This document shows positions 54,201 through 64,000 of a stretch of 64,000 nt of DNA, piece by piece (position 1 is the stretch's first letter; the number at the start of each line of letters is the position of its first letter). Both the position numbers and the translations under genes were made by a program. Source of the DNA: the human T2T-CHM13v2.0 reference genome, Homo sapiens. Under the pieces are notes generated by a model. The model was given only the letters and a program-made list of their open reading frames with translations, made no database searches and was not told the DNA's origin. The stretch lies in assembly GCF_009914755.1 (NCBI RefSeq), contig NC_060945.1; one strand, 5' to 3'.

Positions 54201-56884
54201 TAATGGACATTAATAAGCAGTTTATGCCAATCCCTTTTCATAGCTAATAAGAAGTCTTATCTTGGATAAATAAAACCTAGCCACTAATGCTGCCACACCC
54301 AAATAAACTCTCTATGCATCTGAACTTCTTGAGGTTAATAATGCTTCATTGTAATATTTTATAAAATCACCACTTTGGAAGTGAACACCACTAGAAATTC
54401 ACATGGCCAGTTTATAGATGGGGACTGGGGGAAGCAGGGAGGATCTCTGCAATCCAGTAGTTAGGCTCTGCCAGAATGTATTTAGAGTTGTCTCTAAATA
54501 CATTCTGAGTCTCTGCTTCATTTTTTTTTTCAATGAAAATGACAATGTCTGTCATCCCATGTTCAAGACAAATATAACAAGTTTCTAAGAATCCTTATAT
54601 TTTTGTTATTGCATATAAGCATGAGTTTTAAAAACCTCTGAATGTTTAAAGGATCACCTGGGGGAATAAGAAAAATGCAGATCTCTGTAGGTCTGAGGTA
54701 GAGCCCAAGAATCTGTATTTTTAACTAGAATTCCTCTAAATTACTGTGCTTCACTTGGCCCCAATTACACATTAGGAGACAATGATTTCAGGATGACAAT
54801 CAGCCTTTTCCATCCAAGGACTTAAAGCAGCTAAACCGAAGACACCGACAAATACCAGATACTTTTCTCAGTCTACTGGCTGATGGCACAAAAGTGCAGA
54901 AGTCACGTAGGGCAGTATGGAAAGCTCGAGCTAGGACTGGAGTCAGCGAGAGACGCTAGCTTCCCCTGTTCGTGGATTCCGAAGCCTCAAGCCCACATTA
55001 ACAAGGCCTTAGACGACAGTAAACACCCAGACTCAGGCTCCTACAGAGGGCCCCCAGTTCTGCTCTAATATACCTATTTTTCTTTAAATAAAAAACATCT
55101 GATTTTTGCACCCCAGGTATTTAAAGACACACTTTGATTTCTGAAAGGCTTTTGACCACACATGAGGAACTCCTTGGGCCTTGACCATTTTTAGCACTTT
55201 CACAGTTTCTGATTTTGATCAAGCCACTTAATCACCCAGGATTCTGAATCTGAAAACCAGGAGGGTTTAATTCCACTTTCATGTTCCCTTGAGGAGCTGT
55301 TGGCAGCAGGATGAAGGCAGGTCCATACAGAACATGGGAAGGAAGCCAGGAAGCCAGCTTTTCCTTTCACATCAAAGAGATCTAGAAAGCAAAACCTGTC
55401 TCACATTTGCATACAATATTAGACTTACATATGGATGCCATGTCTGTCAAAAGACAGGCTAATTAGGGCATTAGTTTCTTTAATGGTTGCGATTTAGTAA
55501 TTCACAAATAGTCCCACTTAATTTTTCATCCTATACCTAAAGGATCTACTTCACACTTGAAGTTTAAGAAGGCTTCTCCCTTAAGATAGAAAGAAGGCAT
55601 TCAAGTATCAAAATACTGGTTTCCTGCCAAAAAATAAGGGATGAGAAAAAGCAGACACTTAGCTTATCAATCAAAATGCTGGCAGGGAAAGACTACTGGA
55701 TTACCAAGTTCATTCCCCTAGCCTGCACTGATTCCTCTTTTTCTCTAAAGTTTCTTATTTTTTCAGTTTTTCTCATGATACTGACATTGCCAACCAGCAG
55801 TCTGGAAACTGTTCAGGTTGATTCTTAGCAGAAAATCGAGGGGCTCTCCTGTTACTGTTAATATCCTTAAAACACTTAAATTTGGTTAGTTTGCTTCAAG
55901 CATTCTCAGTATATTACAAAAAAAAAAAGTACTCAAGAATTTCTAGACTTTATTTTGACTGACATCAGCTACCCTAATGAACAGGAGGGGACAACAGCAA
56001 GGTATATTAGGAGCATCTCCTTCCTTTTTAATCAGAATTATATAGGAATTAAGAACTCTAAGGCCACAGTAGAGTATAGTATCTTGGAAGAAGAAAGCGG
56101 AGAATGTCTGACATTTTCACTGATCGTTTAGGCTGATGGCTTAAACCATTTCCACCCAAGTTTCTTACAAGTTAGCATTTCCAGCCAACATTACCTACTG
56201 CAATTTCTCTATAATCTTAAGGGTATTGAGCCCCCAAATGAGAGAGAGAAAAGAGATGTAAACTAAACAGGAGTCAGAGAAGGGGAAACTGAGTCTGTTG
56301 CACATCATTTACCCTTTAACATGATTTTAAAGGTAATAATGCTTATAAAAATATTAGTAGTAGTAAGGGATATCAGGTGACAAGCAGAAGTGCCCCTCTC
56401 CACAGATATGCCAGTGTATCTGTAGAAATACGGTGCTAAAATTAGAAAAGACTGAACATTTTAATTTATTAGGTAGACCCAAATAGTCTAAAAGGTTTCA
56501 CCCATATACTTAGCAATAGTTTATGAAAGTTCCTTTTCACCTATCCTTATCATGACAAGGCATAACAGATTTTTAAAAAACTACCAATTGGCCATAATTT
56601 TTAAAAAATTACATTTTCATTGGTATTAATAATAAGAAGTTGTTCACCTTTTAATCTACAACTAATTATCAGATATGCATGCATTTTTTTTCTATGAATT
56701 GCAGCTGTTAAATTTTTGTGAATTAATCCAATGCATCAATTCCTTTGGGTTTTCACCTTAAACATTTTTGTGGCATACAATTTGTATAATGTGAATTTAG
56801 AAGATAATAGCATAGGTGACTGGGGTGCTACAATGGATTCTCACCTATTTATTAACTTTTTAATGAGTTGATTAGTCTCTAAAT

Positions 56885-57080
56885 CAGTAATTCGCAAAGT
56901 TTAGCATTTATCAATGTCACCTGGACAGCTTGATAAAATACAGATTGCTCAGCCCCATCCCTAGCTTTGCTGATTCAGGAGGTCAGGGGTGGGATCATGG
57001 AATGTGCTTTTCCAACAAGTTCCCAGGTGATGCCAGGCGATGCTGATGTTGCTAGACTAAGGACCACACTTGGAGAACCA
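56885..57080. mobile_element. MER5-like hAT-Charlie MITE
   Basis: CAGTAATTCGCAAAGT...CAGATTGCT...AACAAGTTCCCAGGTGATGC...GGACCACACTTGGAGAACCAC. Confidence 0.65.
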
Positions 57081-57549
57081 CAGCTCTGAAATATTCCCTG
57101 GGCATGGTATTTGCAATACATACTTTATACCTAATAATTTGTTTCAGGACACACAAATGCACATGAGATTTGATACATACTCTCAAAAAGCTAACAATCA
57201 GTTAAGTGGTAATTCACTGACATGTACACATCAAAGTAATGTTAGACACATGTAATAGGCCAAGATTGGGGATGGGCATTATAGGCAGATGGAATAACAT
57301 AAATAAATGCATCCAGGGCTATGGATATAAGATCAGCCTGGCTGGCAAAGTCAGACTCATGAAGGAGATTAATGGGAAAACCTATCTGTTTTGTCTGTCT
57401 CAGGTTATTTTGAGGATCAAGTGAAACTTAGAAACAATAACAACAAAAAAAGCAAAGTCTGTGATCAAGAAGAATTACTCTGTTGCAACAATATAAACTA
57501 AGAAAAAAATACGCAAAATTCTCTGCTGCCTTGGGAGATGATCTCATGA

Positions 57550-57869
<320 letters not shown>

Positions 57870-58861
57870 AATGTGTATGATTTAATAGCCAGCAGCAACA
57901 GGCCACTAACATGCCATCTGCTAACAGGGGCTCTAGCTATTAACATCAACAGAGCTAAAAACTCTTATGTCTGATCCCTTGCAAATGGCGAAGACCTGGC
58001 TGAGAATTATTATCTCATGCTTTCAGAGAAAACTTTGCTTGTCCTGCACTGAAAAATCTGGCTGCAATAATCACATGGAAGAAGGTATGTTTGTTGGCAT
58101 GGTTCATGGGCTGGCTTATGACTTCTAAGCAGAAGATACAAAATAATATAAAAATCCTGCAACATGCACAATGTAGCTGATATTCATGTTCTCTTTAAAT
58201 ATCTTAACACTGACTTACATATTTAAGGGTGTGGAGTCTTTGAGCTTGGGAAGCATCTTATTACTGAGGTACAAATGCTAAAAGAGGGACATTTCTTCTA
58301 TCTACCGCATTTTCAATGAAAAGATGCTGAAGGTGAATAAACAGCTCTGCAAACCCAGTTTTGTTTAACTTGGCAACAGCAGTAAGTAAGTATCACTGGA
58401 CACAGAGACACTGGAATAGATTCAGTCTTTAGTCTTATTCATCACGTCTGACCTTGGGCATATTACATGGTTTTCCTGAGCCTATGAAATCATGCGGCTG
58501 AACGAGCTGAAAACTAAGATTCTTTCCTTTGCTAATAAATTTCAGCAAACGATAGGAGTAAGAACGGCTGTCTAACGAGACTACCAAATGCTACGAGACG
58601 CAGCAAGCAATGTCCCTTTACCTAATGGATACAGCTTCTTAACTGTTTATCCAAAGTCTCCCCAAGCAAATTCTAAATTATTCTAAATTATTTGAGTAAC
58701 AAAGATTGGGCCCTTATACCTGTGACGTGTCTGGCAATGACAAAGAATGTGGAACATGGGAAGCATTTAATACATATTTATTGAAGATCCTGTGTCCTTA
58801 TTTCTTCAATCTCCTTGCTATTCACAATGGCGAATGATATGAATATACATATATATATCCT

Positions 58862-59830
<969 letters not shown>

Positions 59831-60699
59831 TATCACATATACACTTGTGAAAACTTCTAAGACTTCCTTACAAATAAAAGTGGTGACTGAGAACTAAGCC
59901 ATATACCTAGTGATATCTCAGTGGTGATGATAAAGTTAGTTTTTATTTGACAAAATCTATTTGCTATCAGAATACTATACTTAAAAATCATAAGCTTTAA
60001 CAATTAAATCGCATGTATAAAAATTTTAGAGAACATGCAGCTATAGCAACTTCAATGCTATACAGGAAGCTGAAGACATAGGTCCACACCTCAGTATCTG
60101 CCCTCAGGGGATGGGCAGACAAATTTCAATGCCCCCCCCCAACCAAAAGCAAAGACACAAAAGGCATGTACAAGACAATACAAGTTGTTGCCAAGCACTG
60201 TTTCAAAGAAATAAGATTTAACTCATGCTTTTAGGAGCATATGTAAATACATAATAATTATCAAAAGACAAACACATTAAACAGGCTTTTTTAAACGCAC
60301 TATCTGAAGTCAATGAATCCATCAACAGGAGCTGAAATTAAGTAACGCCCTGGCCTTGACCCTCTGACCCCGTTTCATGCTCGAAGTCCAAAGCCTCTTC
60401 ACAAATAGTGTTTAGGTGCACACCAAGTCAACATTCCTTTGGACACGTCTCATAACTTGGAACCGGTTAATAGATGGATCCACTATTTTTGATGAGATAT
60501 TATAACTAACCTTCTATGATTTACTTTCTAAAGCAGCCCATAGTGCATACGGCAGGAAAACTGTTAACTAATAATGGCACTTACTCAGAAAATACATGCA
60601 AAATTTGTTTCTGAGTTGAACACCAACAAGCAAATTAACATGTCTTCCAAACTCCGTCTCACATGAAACAAACTCATGTCATTCCCAGTTAGTGTTTGT

Positions 60700-60759
60700 G
60701 GAAACATATTTCAAAATTAATCTCAAAATTCGGGAAACATATTTCAAAATTAATCTCAA
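60700..60759. repeat. Perfect 27-bp direct repeat with a 6-bp spacer
   Basis: GGAAACATATTTCAAAATTAATCTCAA at 60700-60726 and 60733-60759. Confidence 0.9.
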
Positions 60760-61795
60760 TTTGGATTCATCTCCATACTCAGGGTGGCAAACATCACTGA
60801 TTTTTTTCCCCTCCTCTTTTAAAAAATGAACCTTGAAGGCAGATGCTTGTGAAAAACAGAATAACCAGCCCTTGTTCCAGTCTAAAATCATTGGTTGTTC
60901 CCAAGACTCTACAAAAAAAGCAGGACACATCTGCTCTAGTGTTCCATGCCAGGAAGTAGTTCCACAGCCACCACTGTGGTCTGACTTCACTTCCCAATCA
61001 TTTTAATTTGGATTTCTTTTTAGATTTTGTTTCAAATTACAGGGCCATACAAACGAGCTGGTGAGTTGAGAAAATAGCTTTGGAACTGCATTGGATCATC
61101 AAAAGAAACGGCAGACTTTGGCGTGGGAGACCATGCCTCAGGCTCCATCCATTTGGTTGAGGTGCCCACACATGCACAAAAATAAAAGAATGGCATAAAA
61201 ACAGACAAAAACTACTGACATGTCAGTCATCATGGCTTAAGGAAAAGCTCACAAATAATTTCTCTGGAATCTCACCAAAATTTGGAGTAAAAGATGATAG
61301 CATGCTAAATCAGTTCTCTTGCTACTTCTAAAATACTAACGTTCCTGAATGGGGCTCAAGGTGGAATCATTTCGAGGCAAATATCAGTTCTAGTAGATAA
61401 AAGTGTTGTTTAAAACCTCATTAACATTATATATAAATATTCCCCAAAATGATCTACAGATCCAATGCAATCCGCACTTTTTTTTTTTTTTTTTTTTTTG
61501 CAGAAATGGTAGTGGGGGCAGGGGGTGAGGAAGATCTTAAAATTCATGTTGTAATGCAAGAGACTCCGGATACTCAAAGTAATATTGAAAAAGAAGAACA
61601 AAGATAACGGACTCACACTTGCTGATTTCAAAATTTACTACAAAGCTACAATAATCAAAACAGTGTGGTACTACAGTAAGCACAGGCACACAGATCAAAG
61701 AAAAGAACTAAGAATTAAGAAATAAACCCATATTATCTATGGACAATTGATTTTGTGTAATAGTGCCAAGACCATTCAATGGGGGAAATAATAGT

Positions 61796-62077
61796 CTTTT
61801 TCTTCCTTTTTTTGAGACAGGGTCTTGCTCTATTGCCCAGGTGGCGTGATCAAGGCTCACTGCAGCCTCAGCCACCCCAGGCTCAGGAGATCCTCCCACC
61901 ACAGCCTCCTGAGTAGCTGGGACTACAAATAGATGTTATCATGCCTGGATAATTTTTTTGTAGAAATGTGGTCTTGCCATGTTTCCCATTCTGGTCTTGA
62001 ACTTCTGGGCTCAAGTCATCTGCCCACCTTGGCCTCCCAAAATGCTGGAATTACAGGCATGAGCCACTGCACCTGGC
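61796..62077 (-). repeat. AluJ-like inside L1M
   Basis: TSD AATAGTCTTTTT. Confidence 0.88.
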
Positions 62078-62480
62078 AAGAATAGTCTTTTTCAACAAAT
62101 GGTGCTGGGACACTGGATATTTATATGCAAAAGAATAAAGTCAAACCTCTACCTCACACCATATATGAAAATTAAAATGAATCAAAGATTTAACTGTAAG
62201 AGCTAAAACTACAAAACTCTTAGAAGGTAACAGGTATAAATCGTTGTAACCTTGTTTCGGACAATGGTTTCCTAGATACCATACCATAGTAACTGCCACA
62301 AAAGAAAAAACTGATAAAATAGACTTCTAAATTGAAAATTTTTGTGTGTCAAAAGGATCCTATTAAGGAAGTGAAAATACAACCTACAGAATGGGTAAAA
62401 TATTTCCAAATAATGTATTTGATAAGAATTTAATAGTATCCAGAATATATAAAAATTCTTACAACTCAATAATAACAGCA

Positions 62481-62855
<375 letters not shown>

Positions 62856-63815
62856 TCATTTATTTGAACTGAACAAAATAATCCATAACAAACCATTGCA
62901 ATCGCATGAAGAAAACACTGTGGTTGATATTTAATTCCTCAAATTTCTGCCAGCGTCCATTTGGAGCACAATAAACAAGATCAATATACTGCACTGAATT
63001 ATACATATTAAGGTCAACAATTTGTCTGCCAGAATGGTAGAGAGCGCAATATTTTTTTAAAAAAGGAAACTTTTTTTACATTCATTATTCCTAGAAAGTG
63101 TATTCTTTTTAATGTAGCTAAAAGGATTTACTTTTTCCTAAAATTATGGAGTAGAAATACATAAAAGAAAGTATCTGTTTGCCAATGGTAAAACTATAAA
63201 AATCATTCAGGAAAACGGATGCTGTATTACATGTGAATTTTTAAAGGTCATTATCAATGACTTCCACAGATCATCTGGATGACATATGCACTATATTTAC
63301 AGATTCCATAATTAAGCTCCAAAGCAAGAAAAAGAGAGCTTACCTAATATCACAACCAAAAAAGGCATAGAGAGCTAAACGTATACAAAGCACTCTACTA
63401 ACCACCACTATGGGTGAGTTCGACACCTGAGGTCTGTAACCTCAAGTCTGCAGACAGACCAGTTGGGGACCTAAGGTATGAAGTGTACTGGCATTCACAC
63501 ATTTGTATCTTGCTGTGTGGAGACATTTCAACATGGCAGTCCAAATGTCAGAAAACTAGGAGGCTGTCTTAATAGTATACCGTACTTTGCCATTCATTTG
63601 ACAAAGCATTTTCATTTATAAATGAGTGGTTCTATTTTGAAAGAGAAATTGTCTTGGGTCAAAGATATACATTTAGACACAGGCAGCTAAACTTACAGGC
63701 CTCATGTCTGTTACTTAATAACACTAGGGAAAATATGAATAAGGAGCTCTGAGACTATTATGAAACCAATGGGGGAACAAGGCTTTGGTTGTTGATAATA
63801 TGTATAAATGTTCTT

Positions 63816-64000
63816 GGCCAGATGTGGGGGCTCACGCCTGTATTCCCAGCATTTTGGGGGGCCAAGATGGGCAGACCACCTGAGATCAGGAGTTCGAGAC
63901 CAGCTTGGCCAACATGGTGAAACCCTGTCTCTACTAAAAATACAAAAAAATTAGCCAGGTGTGGTGGCACACGTCTGTAGTCTCAGCTACTTGGGAGGCT
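63816..64000 (+). repeat. Alu (runs off the window)
   Basis: GGCCAGATGTGGGGGCTCACGCCTGT... Confidence 0.9.

Overview
Human (primate) genomic DNA from the 3' half of APP (amyloid-beta precursor protein), transcribed on the minus strand. Four coding exons are present with canonical AG/GT boundaries: exon 14 (28044-27823, 222 nt), exon 15 (21156-21103, 54 nt), exon 16 (13750-13650, 101 nt) and exon 17 (7945-7799, 147 nt). Together they encode APP770 D563-E737, including all of Abeta and the transmembrane helix, with wild-type residues at the familial Alzheimer's codons. The rest is intron with about 30 Alus, MaLR LTRs, a full-length Tigger1, a Tigger3a, old L1 fragments and a U6 pseudogene joined to an old L1 3' end. 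Intron 13 holds a full-length L1PA2-type LINE-1 (34448-40520, antisense to APP) nested in an older L1, with both TSDs visible. Its ORF1 and ORF0 are intact and its ORF2 is broken. The most notable arrangement is that the L1 antisense promoter and ORF0 point in the APP sense direction, and the first ORF0 splice donor is in phase with the APP exon 14, 15 and 16 acceptors. This predicts an L1-driven ORF0-APP C-terminal fusion containing Abeta. Inverted Alus and exon phases also predict Abeta-coding circular RNAs. Repeat subfamily calls come from recalled consensus sequences and their boundaries are approximate.
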